Source: Paramoeba atlantica
Lineage: Eukaryota > Protista > Discosea
Assembly: GCA_977017575.1 (NCBI GenBank)
Contig: CDRNVI010000053.1
Coordinates: 744,001-808,000, forward strand
DNA: 64,000 nucleotides
Reading direction: 5' to 3'
Below, in pieces: positions 30,259-40,862 of the stretch. Below the pieces are notes generated by a model that was not told the DNA's origin, did not search any database, and was given only the letters and a program-made list of their open reading frames with translations. The position numbers and the translations under genes were made by a program. How positions within the stretch are numbered: the stretch's first letter is position 1; each line of letters begins with the position of its first letter.

Positions 30259-30687
30259 ACTCCTTGAAGTGAGCTGTAATTTTATATGGGCATAGTGATC
30301 TTTCATGTTGGTTTTTTTATGCGTAGGGCTTTCTGTTCCCCTTTTAAGCACCAGAAATGTCCTATACTATTAGTATAGGCTAGTAACTAACCTATACTGC
30401 CGCTTCGTATAATTTAGGCAGATTTGTTCCCTATACAGCAGTGTACGTGGAGCGGTAGATGTTCTTGTCGATTTAGAACCGATGCCATTTAAAGCAGTTA
30501 TCAGGTAAAATGCGTGCATAGGAAAATCATTTTTTCTGGAAAAAATGCTTTAGTTCTTTATTCTTATGCATACTTAATCACGCGCTTTATACAAAATTCC
30601 ATACTGATTCCGTCTTTTTTGAATCAGCTAAAAAACTCAACATTTCATTCTTCTCACCAGGATTACAGAATTTTTTTCTATTAGTCA

Positions 30688-33120
30688 ATGTCGCCCACAA
30701 CTGCATCTCATGAAAAGGCGTCCGCAGAGTACACTATGCTTTTCGGTACGTTTTCTATCCATCCGAGCACTATTCAAAGCTTCTTATGGACCGTATCACT
30801 TCTGGGTATATCCTTTGCTGTCTACGTCGCGTATGCGTTTCGTCTTAAAGCTATCACAGAGTATGGCGCAGTCATTCACGAATTCGACCCGTACTTCCAT
30901 CGCAGAGCGACAGAATATTTACTAGAACACGGCTGGGACAAGTTCTTTACGTGGTATGATTACCTCTCATGGTACCCGCTTGGTAGACCCATAGGCACGA
31001 CCATTTATCCGGGCTTGCAAATAACTGCCGCTGTCCTGTATCGTATTTTACAGCGTTTTGGTGGCAATTGGGCTATGACGGTCAATGAGGTGTGCTGCTA
31101 TTTACCTGCGTGGTTCGGTTCCCTTGCCACTGTACTGATGGCGTTGTTGACGTATGAGTGCTCCGGTTCACTCCTTTCCGCCGTATTTGCATCTCTTATT
31201 TTCTCAATTTTGCCTGCTCACTTAATGCGTACTGTAGGTGGCGGTTTTGACAATGAAGCCATTGCGATTAGTGCAATGATAGCGACTTTCTATTGTTGGG
31301 TTCGTTCTCTACGGGAAACTACTCGCAGCTGGGTGTACGGAATAGCAACTGGACTTTGCTACGGGTACATGGTGGCCGCCTGGGGAGGATTTATCTTTGT
31401 CTTGAATATGATCTCACTACATGCTATGGTCGTTGTTTTCATCGACTGGCTACGAGGTGTCTACGATCGTCGCGTTTTCCTAGCCTATTCGCTGTATTGC
31501 TTTATTGGCACCTTTTTGGCCACCTGTGTTCCTCCTGTTGGGGTAATGCCCTTCAAGTCACTGGAGCAGATAAGCAGTCTTGTCGTCTGGTGTCTTCTTG
31601 CCACGCTTCACTTAAGCGAGTACGAGCGTCAGCGTCGGGATATCCCTATTCAATCGTTTCGGTGCGTTCGGCTTCGGTTCAAGTACAGCATCGCGTTGTC
31701 GTTTGCGGTTATGGCTGTTTTCGTGGTACTTTTACCCAGCGGATATTGGGGACCTATCAGTTCTCGTGTCCGTGGGCTCTTTGTGGCTCACATGAAGACG
31801 GGTAACCCGCTTGTCGACTCCGTAGCGGAGCATCAACCCGGGACTCCGGACGCCTTCTGGGGTTTTCTTCATATTGTTTACTACCTTGCCCCGTGGGGCT
31901 TCGTGGTGATGTTCCACCATCCACTACGGCAGTCCAGTTTTCCTCCTATTTTGTACCTAGTCGTGCAATTCTTTGCTTTGACGATGTCTCGCTTACTCAT
32001 TCTAGCATCGATACCCCACGCCTTATTGGGCGGAATTGCATTAGGACTCACTATCGAAAGTTTACTAGAGGATGCTTGTATCCCACTCGCTCATTTGTCT
32101 CCTACGACACCACATCGTAGAAACGAAAGAAAATCGATGGGACGCAAGAGTTCTTCCTCTGCCTTTGCGAATTTTTCAGGTTGGTTATTTCACTGGAGGT
32201 CACCCACGTGGCGCAAGATCCGTGGAGCTCTTTTCTTTCTTTTTCTCTTTCACGTCCTAAGCGGTGCAAGATCTTTTGTGCGACACGCGGAAAAAATGAG
32301 AGATACCATCTCCCACACTTCGCTTGTTTTTAAACACCGGGAAGGGGAACAGGAAACCGTAATTGATGATTACCGAGACGGGTATGAGTTCCTGCGCACG
32401 GAGACCCCTGCAGATTCCCGTATCCTGGCCTGGTGGGATTACGGTTACCAAATCGCCGGCATGGGGAATCGCACAACCTTAGCCGACGGTAACACATGGA
32501 ACCACGAGCACATCGCAATGGTCGGCCGCTGCCTGACTGCTCCTGTGGCCCAAGCCCACCGTATGATACGGCACCTGGCGGATTACGTCCTCGTGTGGTC
32601 CGGGGGCGGGGGCGATGATCTCGCAAAGGCCCCGTGGATGGCTCGTATTGGAAACAGCGTGTATCGGGATATTTGTCCCAATGACCCCCTTTGTGAGAAA
32701 TTTGGATTTTACCCGAAAGAGGGGATTATGGAGTGGTCACAGGCGGATCCCACACCCATGATGGCGAAGTCATTGCTTTATAACCTGCACATGGCAGATC
32801 GACGTCCTGGGGTGGGTCCTGACCCGGAACTTTTCGAGGAGGTGTTTCGCTCCAAATATGGATTGCTACGCATTTTTAAAGTGATGAATATTAGTCAAGA
32901 AAGTAAAGACTGGGTAAGAGATTCTAAAAACCGCATTTGTGACCCTCCGGGAAGTTGGTTATGCGCCGGTCAGTACCCTCCGGCGGAAGAACTTCAAGAG
33001 GTATTGCGTAAAGCTATTAATTTTAAACAGCTTGAGGATTTCAACCGAAAGCAGATGGAACAACAAGACAATTTTGGCGAGCAGTATCATAGACGTAGTG
33101 TGCACGAGAAGCTTATATAG
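30688..33120 (+). CDS. STT3: Oligosaccharyltransferase catalytic subunit STT3
   Basis: IHEFDPYFH, GGGFDNE, DSVAEHQP, WWDYGYQI, TTLADGNTWN, DLAKAPWMARIG and multiple TM segments. The C-terminus CDPPGSWLCAGQYPPA is of the kinetoplastid type. Confidence 0.96.
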   Translation: MSPTTASHEKASAEYTMLFGTFSIHPSTIQSFLWTVSLLGISFAVYVAYAFRLKAITEYGAVIHEFDPYFHRRATEYLLEHGWDKFFTWYDYLSWYPLGRPIGTTIYPGLQITAAVLYRILQRFGGNWAMTVNEVCCYLPAWFGSLATVLMALLTYECSGSLLSAVFASLIFSILPAHLMRTVGGGFDNEAIAISAMIATFYCWVRSLRETTRSWVYGIATGLCYGYMVAAWGGFIFVLNMISLHAMVVVFIDWLRGVYDRRVFLAYSLYCFIGTFLATCVPPVGVMPFKSLEQISSLVVWCLLATLHLSEYERQRRDIPIQSFRCVRLRFKYSIALSFAVMAVFVVLLPSGYWGPISSRVRGLFVAHMKTGNPLVDSVAEHQPGTPDAFWGFLHIVYYLAPWGFVVMFHHPLRQSSFPPILYLVVQFFALTMSRLLILASIPHALLGGIALGLTIESLLEDACIPLAHLSPTTPHRRNERKSMGRKSSSSAFANFSGWLFHWRSPTWRKIRGALFFLFLFHVLSGARSFVRHAEKMRDTISHTSLVFKHREGEQETVIDDYRDGYEFLRTETPADSRILAWWDYGYQIAGMGNRTTLADGNTWNHEHIAMVGRCLTAPVAQAHRMIRHLADYVLVWSGGGGDDLAKAPWMARIGNSVYRDICPNDPLCEKFGFYPKEGIMEWSQADPTPMMAKSLLYNLHMADRRPGVGPDPELFEEVFRSKYGLLRIFKVMNISQESKDWVRDSKNRICDPPGSWLCAGQYPPAEELQEVLRKAINFKQLEDFNRKQMEQQDNFGEQYHRRSVHEKLI

Positions 33121-33398
33121 ACACTTCACTCTAAGTGCATGTATACCGTTAGAGATTTGGATTTTTAACTTACTCGCTTTAAAAGCTTGTATTTAGCGAA
33201 TCACCTGACCGAAAAGGTTTTCTTTAGCGGAGTGCTTAATGTCGCTTGCTTTGTGTTTTTTCTTAAATGTCAGAACGCATTTCTTTACACATGCACGCAC
33301 GTTATAATTATTTAAGACTCTGTACAGAATTCCAAAAAAGTACATTCTTACCATTCTGATTTCGGATACATCCCCCTTATTTTTACATTACTTATAAA

Positions 33399-34163
33399 AT
33401 GAATCGCCGCTTCTTATCCGTGTTGACTCGAGGCGCAGCTTCACGTCTTTCGTCCACCACAAGCAGCAGGTTTACTACCCCTCTCAGCACCGTTTCGATT
33501 TCCCAAACGGGTGTTCTACATGCATTTCGCAATCAAAGCTCTTCTCCCGGGAACAACCGCGGACAATTGGGAACACAATCCGTTGGGCGTTCTACCCCCA
33601 TGTGTGAATGGTCACGCATTCACGAGACGGACCCCTCTCAAGGCTTTCTCTTCCGCTCAGTGTATCAAAACGGAAACGTCCACCTTCTCTACTTCCCCCA
33701 GAATATTACTCGAGACCAGAAGCGAGCGAACTCGGAGCGTCGCCCGGACGGCTCCAGTCCACTCATGTCCGCGTTCTCCTTGGTTGACAAAATTAAGCGT
33801 ATCAATCTCATCCTTCCTACTCCTTTTATTTGTCGACTTCTTGCGGTGCTCGAGGGCACTCTTCCTTCGGTGACGCTAGCGACGCGCTCCACGCAAGGAA
33901 CTTTCTCCGGTGATCTCTCCAAGTTTACTTTTCAGCTCTCATGCAGCTCTGTGTATCCGGATGGGACTGAACTTAGCTGGAAGATGGACTTCGACCCCGG
34001 TGAGTCGATAATGCTGCAGCGCTTTCTGATGATGGCTTTGGAGAGAAATTTTGGGTTTGAAAAGTATAAAGAGGTTCAGCGTACATTACGCCCGGGCCGT
34101 TCTTCTCCCCGAACACCTAAGCCCGAAGCGAACAAGTCAGAAGAATCCGACACAGAGCATTAG
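33399..34163 (+). CDS. MRP2: Mitochondrial gRNA-binding protein MRP2 (gBP25)
   Basis: Presequence, then LILPTPFICRLLAVLEG...TFQLSCSS...WKMDFDPGESIMLQRFLMMALERNFGF, matching remembered trypanosomatid MRP2 motifs (LAVLEG, ESLMLQRFL). Confidence 0.82.
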   Translation: MNRRFLSVLTRGAASRLSSTTSSRFTTPLSTVSISQTGVLHAFRNQSSSPGNNRGQLGTQSVGRSTPMCEWSRIHETDPSQGFLFRSVYQNGNVHLLYFPQNITRDQKRANSERRPDGSSPLMSAFSLVDKIKRINLILPTPFICRLLAVLEGTLPSVTLATRSTQGTFSGDLSKFTFQLSCSSVYPDGTELSWKMDFDPGESIMLQRFLMMALERNFGFEKYKEVQRTLRPGRSSPRTPKPEANKSEESDTEH

Positions 34164-34725
34164 GTGAAGTGATGAACTTTTAAACTTGAAAGTAGTGATG
34201 AACTTGAAAGACAACACATATTGATTCATTGTAGTGTATCGAAGGAGCATCATTATTTCAAAAACAAATACATGCATTCATGATGTACATCCCGGGTCTG
34301 ATGAGTATAAACGCTTCTTTATACTTTATGAAATTCTTTTATGAAATAGGTGAACTTGTTAGGTTGGTTTTCTTATTAAAGCGGTGAGAATCTAGGCCTT
34401 TTTCGCAAATAATTGAACTCTCTACTGCGAATGTTTAACTACGGACTTTAAAGTTTTATGAGTCACACTGAAAAGTATTATGAGTCTGAATATCATGACT
34501 GCTCTTATGAGTTTGTTTAGGCTGCGATAGAATATAATATTACTATTCCTTATTTAAAAAAGGCACGTGTATCACTTAATATAGCCAATTCCATATTATA
34601 CTGCATCTAAAGAAAATTTGGAGAGCTCGATGAATGTAGCTAAATCCATGTATAGAAATGGTAAGCAGGCGTCTTTACAAACAATATAGCGATTAGAATA
34701 ATTTTAATTGCTTCTACAACTTAAC

Positions 34726-35664
34726 ATGACTCACTCGTCTAATCCAATTTTGGAATTCGAAATGATTTTACCATCCTCTGATGAGATTATCGCCGCATCC
34801 CGTTTATGTGGCATCCGGGTTACCGCACCCCAAATACAGTCTTTTAATACAGTTAGCTTACTCAATGAAACTATCGACGAAACTAAGGATCGAATTGAAA
34901 TAGAACTAAGACAAGATGTTGCTCCAAAATCAGTTGATTATATTATTTCGGCAGCGCGTGATGGTTTATTTCGAGGTCCCAAGGCTTGTTATCGGTTAGA
35001 TCACGGAGCTAATGTGGTAAGAATCGGTTCTCCCCTTACACCTAATGGATATCCTTCATCTATTCCGAATGAAGTCACTGATTGGCATCCGGATACGGAC
35101 TATTTGGTAACGCTTGCCAAAATAGGTCCGGACCGAAATATCTCTCAAATTATGGTTATTCGAAAGCAGACATTGAGCTTGCGCCAATATGTAACAATCG
35201 GGAGAGTTGTGCAAGGCACTACTCTTCTAGATAAAATTTTCACGATGCCGCGATTTTCTGACGGAAATTTTATTTGCCCTGTTGGGGTGAGACAATGCAA
35301 CGTTCTTTTTCCTCAGGACAAAACAGAATTTAGAAAACGTGGGAGAACATATGCATCGAATGATTGCTTGGAAGGTACTCAAGAAAATACTCACGTAGGG
35401 GAACATCCAGATTTGGATGCCTCAGAATATTCATATAAAAGATTGAGGAATGCTGGTGGTGAAAAAGTTGAGATTTACCGGCCACGCTCGCCCTCACTTC
35501 CTCTTCAAGTAGAAGGCATGTCTGAAATGCGTACACTGTTACGAAATCATGTAAATGCTTTGAAGCGCAGACGTCGAAAGGTCGGAAAGCGTTCTTCTGT
35601 ACATTCTGGGATGAAGCGTGGTTTTCAGATTCTGAGGCAAAGGAGAAAAATGAAAGGAAAATAA
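34726..35664 (+). CDS. Divergent cyclophilin-like domain protein with basic C-terminus
   Basis: IEIELRQDVAPKSVDYI, SIPNE, LVTLAKIGPDRNISQIMV and YVTIGRVVQGTTLLDKI follow the cyclophilin fold pattern. Catalytic residues are not conserved. Confidence 0.6.
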   Translation: MTHSSNPILEFEMILPSSDEIIAASRLCGIRVTAPQIQSFNTVSLLNETIDETKDRIEIELRQDVAPKSVDYIISAARDGLFRGPKACYRLDHGANVVRIGSPLTPNGYPSSIPNEVTDWHPDTDYLVTLAKIGPDRNISQIMVIRKQTLSLRQYVTIGRVVQGTTLLDKIFTMPRFSDGNFICPVGVRQCNVLFPQDKTEFRKRGRTYASNDCLEGTQENTHVGEHPDLDASEYSYKRLRNAGGEKVEIYRPRSPSLPLQVEGMSEMRTLLRNHVNALKRRRRKVGKRSSVHSGMKRGFQILRQRRKMKGK

Positions 35665-36007
35665 AAAAATTCTTCGTTCGGTTTGGTCTGGCACTTAAGG
35701 CTTAATACCTACATGTATGGAGGCTTTACATATGGATTGGTAAAATACGGTATCGGAAGAAGGAAGAAGACGCAAGTACAAATTCAAAATGCGCTAGTAC
35801 ACTATAAGCGTATTTTATGTTTTATGTTTATTATTCTACCCTCTGATTCCCTATAAATTTTATATTAGCAAACAACAGTGTATTATATAACAAACAACTA
35901 TAATGGTTGTTTGTTGAAATTTATCAGAGCCATAATGCGGCCCGTCTGGAAAACAGGTCAGCAGTGGTTGGGTTACATAGTAGAATACGTCAGCTAAAAG
36001 TTTCCTT

Positions 36008-36067
36008 AATGTACATGTACATTGTATCTTAAGATACATGTTCTAAAGATACATGTACATGTATCTT
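36008..36067. repeat. Cluster of three perfect palindromes
   Basis: AATGTACATGTACATT (36008-36023), TGTATCTTAAGATACA (36023-36038) and AAGATACATGTACATGTATCTT (36046-36067). Confidence 0.95.
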
Positions 36068-36372
36068 CCTTCAGCCATATTTTAGCCGCTTTCACAAGAC
36101 AGTCACAGAGTGAACTACCGTAATGGAGTTACTTCATTAAGAGAATAGCAACTTTTTACTTAATATCCGCGTATCTTCAATTTCACTATTCTGCCGAATA
36201 GTATGTATCTACCGTAGAAACGGAAATTAATGAAATGTAGAAATAAGAAAACTATAATTAAGGAAATAATTTCGTGCCACTGACTTTTTCTCCTTCTTGC
36301 TTTTTTCTCCTCATTGCTAGCTTTTTGTTAGTTTGTAGTCAAGAAACAGAAGGGTTTATCCTCCGTTATTTC

Positions 36373-39300
36373 ATGAAATCTCAATACCACACCGTAATTC
36401 TGGAGGATATTCCAGTGCGCTTCCCTTTTGAGCCATATCCTGTGCAAATTGAATATATGCGTTCCGTTATACGCACTTTAAATGCCTCGCAGGAACACGC
36501 GCACGCTGCATTAGAAAGTCCAACTGGTACAGGTAAAACTCTTTCACTTCTTTGCTCTGTTTGTGCATGGCTTTTGTGGAGCCGGAAAAAAGAGAGGACA
36601 ACAGAAAACTTATCCTCCTTTTCTACGTGCAAAATTATTTACACCACGCGAACTCATTCGCAAGTATCTCAGGTAATGAGAGAGTTTAGACGTTGTGGCT
36701 ATGAGAAAGAACTGCAAAGTTGTGTCTTGGGTTCTCGTGAGCAATTGTGTGTTCATTCATCTATTCGCGAGTTGAAGGGTCACACTTTACGTGCCGCTTG
36801 TGCGAATGCCCGTGCTGTGCGATCTTGTCGTTTTAGTAATCATACTCCTTCAACTCCTTCTCCTTCTCAAGGGCGAGTCATGGACATGGAAGATCTCTGT
36901 CGCGAAGGTCTATCCACTCCTTATTGTCCTTATTTTTATACCCGAGAAAAAGTATTGCCTACAGCTGATATAATATTTTGTCCTTACAATTATGCCTTAG
37001 ATCCCTCGGTGATGACGCAGGATCTGCAGCTAAAAGGCAATATTCTGATAATTGATGAGGCCCACAATTTACCTTCAGTATGTCTGTCGACCACCAGTAT
37101 TGAAATTGCGACTACTGACATTGCTGTGGCTATGGGAGATACTTCGAAAGCAATAGAATGTTTGGAGCAAAGTTCTACGACTCCCGAAGACTCATCGGAT
37201 TTGCCTCCTGGTGACGAATCTCGTACAGAGGACGTGATGCAAGAACTAATAGTTCTACGAACACTTTTGTATAATCTGCAGAATGAACTTGAAGCTCTGC
37301 CGCTAGAACTTCATAAAGATACTAACAGTTATGTTTACCTAAAATCCGGGGAACATGTATATTCGTTTCTATCTAAACTAAGCATCACGTTCTCTACCGC
37401 TCAATTGTTCTTAGAACAAGTTGAGCACACAATGGAGCTCGCTATCTCAGGAAAAGAAAAAAAGGGCCTTTTAGGGTCATGTCAAGGATTGCAGACAGTT
37501 CTCGATTTTATTAAAGTAATCTTTCCACGTTTGAAGGATCGTACATCGCAGGACGTTGAAAATAATTTTAAGAGATCTTACAATATGGTCGTACAGGCCG
37601 TTTCAGGGGTTGCCGGAACAAAGCGTCTGCTTTCCCTTTGGTGTCAAGATTGTAGTATGTGCATGCAACAAGTTCACACAAAGACAAGGAATCTTCTCAT
37701 AACTAGTGGCACGCTTACTCCGATTGATTCCTACACGAATGAACTTGGCATTCCTTTCCACACTATATTACAGGGCCCTCATTTTATTTCTTCTAGTCAA
37801 ATATGTGCTTCGATTTGCAACGTTTCCGGGTGCGGTACAAGACTCAATGGAAATTATCAGAATCGTTCCAATGCCGATTATCAAATGGGTATTGGAACCT
37901 GCATTGTGAATTTATGCCGTATTATTCCAGACGGTATTCTTGTCTTCTTTCCCTCATATAGTTTTATGCAACAATTGTTGGAATCTTGGCAAAGTCGTAA
38001 CTGTGAAATATGGTCAACGTTAGCAAAACATAAACATGTTTTTGTTGAGCCTCGCACGACAACAGAGACTAGAAATGTTGTGCAAAAATTTCAGCTTACC
38101 ATAGATAACAGCATAGCGGATGTGAAGACCAAAGGTGCCGTTTTATTTGCAGTTTGTCGAGGGAAAATTTCTGAAGGCGTTGATTTTTCAGACCGACATG
38201 GGCGTAGCGTTATCATCATTGGTATACCGTATGCTAGTCGCAATGATTTAAATATCTTTCTGCGTCGAGAATATTTGGATAAATGTTCCCGTGATCGCAC
38301 AAACAATAGCACGAATTTTCTTACAGGGGAAGTATGGTATCGGCAGGAGGCCTTGCGCGCCGTTAATCAAGCGATGGGCCGCGTCATAAGGCATAAAGAT
38401 GACTACGGTTCAATAATTCTCTTGGATGAGCGTTTTAAGAATCAGACAAGAAGTCTCAGCAAATGGATTCAACCTTTTTTGGCAACGTATGATAATTTTA
38501 TTGACTGTCAAAGGGCTAATGCAACTTTCTTTTCTTCAAGAGAGCCTTCTAATGCAACGTTCCGTCACTCGGATATTGCTGTTTCACAAACAGAAACTAA
38601 ATTACCATCCATTTTTCCGTCCTCTGCTAGCGCTGCATTCGAATATGAACTTTTAACCGCACGTGATGGTGTTTCCGAGTCCAGTATCAATGAATTCCGT
38701 TCGAAATCAACGGAAAACATTGCTGGCGAATCAATTGAATGGCTTTCCGGCACACGGTCACATCCTCAAAAAGTGTTTCCGAGAAGGCCATGTTCCGCAG
38801 AAACTCGTCAACGTACGGAATGTTCCTCAAAGCGAATGTCCTCGGAATCCTTTATTGATATTGACGCACTACCCCCCGCTTTTCGGAAATCTGATTCTGT
38901 TCCCCTTCTCTTCGGAGTCGTACCCACCGAAGACATCATCGATGCACAGACCACTAGTGCCACACTAGATACCTGCGTAAAGAATGAAAATAAGCTTCCG
39001 GAAAGAAAAAATATTCAAATCACAAATAAAATTTCTTCTCAAAATCATATTCAGGTAGCAACTGCACCAGAGTTAGAAGCGTTTTTTAATCAAGTACGGA
39101 TATACCTTAGTGGGGAATCTTCTTCATCTTATGGTCTATTCAAACGCATCTTGCAATCACTGGGTACTTTACGTTCGTGTGATGCAACCAACACTTTTAG
39201 AAACTTTTGCAAAGATCTGTACAATGTATTACATGGAGAAACTGAGACCGGACAAGATTTCTTGCGCAAAGTCCGAGATCTTATCATTCCAAAACCATTA

Positions 39301-39375
39301 CGATCTAAATTTACTGAAGCCGCACCAGTACATTTGGCTAAGTTTCGTAAAACACGTCATATTGACATTCGCTGA
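36373..39375 (+). CDS. RTEL1/FANCJ-like Fe-S DEAH helicase (Rad3/XPD family)
   Basis: VRFPFEPYPVQIEYM, ALESPTGTGKTLSLLC, YTTRTHSQVSQ, LGSREQLC, CPYF, IIDEAHN, TSGTLTP, CRGKISEGVDF and QAMGRVIRHKDDYG. First ATG at 36373; most RTEL1-like. Confidence 0.9.
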   Translation: MKSQYHTVILEDIPVRFPFEPYPVQIEYMRSVIRTLNASQEHAHAALESPTGTGKTLSLLCSVCAWLLWSRKKERTTENLSSFSTCKIIYTTRTHSQVSQVMREFRRCGYEKELQSCVLGSREQLCVHSSIRELKGHTLRAACANARAVRSCRFSNHTPSTPSPSQGRVMDMEDLCREGLSTPYCPYFYTREKVLPTADIIFCPYNYALDPSVMTQDLQLKGNILIIDEAHNLPSVCLSTTSIEIATTDIAVAMGDTSKAIECLEQSSTTPEDSSDLPPGDESRTEDVMQELIVLRTLLYNLQNELEALPLELHKDTNSYVYLKSGEHVYSFLSKLSITFSTAQLFLEQVEHTMELAISGKEKKGLLGSCQGLQTVLDFIKVIFPRLKDRTSQDVENNFKRSYNMVVQAVSGVAGTKRLLSLWCQDCSMCMQQVHTKTRNLLITSGTLTPIDSYTNELGIPFHTILQGPHFISSSQICASICNVSGCGTRLNGNYQNRSNADYQMGIGTCIVNLCRIIPDGILVFFPSYSFMQQLLESWQSRNCEIWSTLAKHKHVFVEPRTTTETRNVVQKFQLTIDNSIADVKTKGAVLFAVCRGKISEGVDFSDRHGRSVIIIGIPYASRNDLNIFLRREYLDKCSRDRTNNSTNFLTGEVWYRQEALRAVNQAMGRVIRHKDDYGSIILLDERFKNQTRSLSKWIQPFLATYDNFIDCQRANATFFSSREPSNATFRHSDIAVSQTETKLPSIFPSSASAAFEYELLTARDGVSESSINEFRSKSTENIAGESIEWLSGTRSHPQKVFPRRPCSAETRQRTECSSKRMSSESFIDIDALPPAFRKSDSVPLLFGVVPTEDIIDAQTTSATLDTCVKNENKLPERKNIQITNKISSQNHIQVATAPELEAFFNQVRIYLSGESSSSYGLFKRILQSLGTLRSCDATNTFRNFCKDLYNVLHGETETGQDFLRKVRDLIIPKPLRSKFTEAAPVHLAKFRKTRHIDIR

Positions 39376-39712
39376 ATTCCGGTGTCCCAGATTCATATTA
39401 ATGTTTGATGTGAAGGGGGGCTCGTTTATTGTTAACAATAATTAATTTCGGTTTTTTCGCGTGACTTCCGAATTTTTTTTTCCCTATGTCATATTTTGTA
39501 GTGTTCAGGATAAGGAAAATGGTGCGCTTAACGATATTATTGAAACAATATTATTCAAACAACAGACTTTCAGTCGCCCGACAATGGCAGCCTCCAGAGA
39601 TAAACCGTTGAGAAGGCAAGTAAACGGTACTTCACGGACATCGCATTTCGATTTACATAATTCAGTTTTGGATGAAACTGGGTGGCAATGGATGGCAATT
39701 GAAAACTGCGTA

Positions 39713-39965
39713 CCGTTTACCCCCCAGTAATAGACCCTCTCCAGTAACAGATTTGGCCATTTTTGGGTTAACCCCCAGTAACAGAGATTAGGCTGGGGAG
39801 GGTGGTTGGAAGAGGGGGTGTTTGGGCGTGTGGGGGTGGCTGGGCGGGGTGAGGGTGGTTGCGCGGGAGCGAATGGCGTAGTTGCGGGGTTTTCTGGGCA
39901 GAAAATCAACGCACCCATGAACAAAAGCGGTACTTTACCACCAAAAAAGCATACCCCCCAGTAAC
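39713..39965 (-). mobile_element. Diverged, one-ended relative of the 17988 MITE in opposite orientation
   Basis: TA|CCGTTTACCCCCCAGTAA terminus. 39940-39964 is the reverse complement of TTACTG(n)TATGCTTTTTTGGT at 18047-18073. Repeated CCCCAGTAA motifs. Confidence 0.75.
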
Positions 39966-39975
39966 AAGAATTAGT

Positions 39976-40015
39976 CCACGTTCGTTGACAGTCGGATTTA
40001 CTGTCAACGAAGTGG
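39976..40015. repeat. Hairpin with 12-bp perfect stem (16 bp with one bulge)
   Basis: TTCGTTGACAGT (39981-39992), loop CGGATTT, ACTGTCAACGAA (40000-40011); flanked by CCAC/GTGG. Confidence 0.85.
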
Positions 40016-40332
40016 CAGCCAATTGGTTGACCCGTCAACGAAGTAGAGACGTACCCGATTTTTGCGTATATTTGCTCTCAGAGCACTAAATTCGACGTTT
40101 GCGTGTGGGAAATCACTCGTACGCATGAATTCAAGGCTACAGAACGTATTGGGTAGAGAATGCGACTCCAACCATACCATTCTTCCGACCCAAAAAGACC
40201 CCTTGGGGTCCAAAAATTACGTTTTCCCATTTTTTGGTCAAAAATGGGTCATTTTGGGAGGCGTACCACGGCTTCAAGAAGCGACATCTCGCGAAGACAA
40301 TGTCGTAGAAAGCTAGAATACGTCCCAAACTA

Positions 40333-40776
40333 TCAAAATACAATAGTCGGAACAATTTTGGAAGAATATTTTTTTTACCATTTTTTTCGTCAAGTTGAAA
40401 AATTTTTCTAAACAAAATTTCCGAAAAAATCCGAACTTGACGGGCCCGTCCTGCGCATACGAGGTTGGGTCACCCCCGGGTAATGTGGTGGAAAATGCGC
40501 GCCAAGACCCCGGCTACCCCTTCTGCGCTTTTTTTTTTCGAAAAATATTTTTTTCGAAAAACATTCGTGCGGTATGCCCCCCCCTGGACCACGCCGCCCT
40601 GGACCCCCCCTGGACCCCCCAAGGGTCCGATTTTTTTTTGAAAATTTTTGGACCACCGGAGCCCACTTTGTATATTTTTCTTCTATCATATTACTGTGTT
40701 CCTTTTTATATCTTCACTGTTTTTGTTCATTTTTTTTTCAATAATCGAGGGTAGAGCGGTAGACCAACCACCGCAA
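40333..40776. repeat. Uninterrupted copy of the dispersed repeat also found at 27692-28915
   Basis: Colinear similarity to 27692-27980 and 28826-28915; ends in a GCGGT...ACCGC hairpin. Confidence 0.85.
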
Positions 40777-40811
40777 TTTTAATTACCTTTAATTGAAGTT
40801 TCTCCGGTATA

Positions 40812-40862
40812 TAATTATTAGTATTCATTAATTATTAGTATTCGTTAATTATTAGTATTCAC
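40812..40862. repeat. 17-bp tandem repeat, 3 copies
   Basis: TAATTATTAGTATTC(A/G)(T/C) at 40812, 40829 and 40846. Confidence 0.92.

Noticed and set aside
34165-34305. GTGATGA...CTGA motifs after MRP2 as a snoRNA
   Set aside because: Box spacing is inconsistent, and I could identify no terminal stem or rRNA complement.
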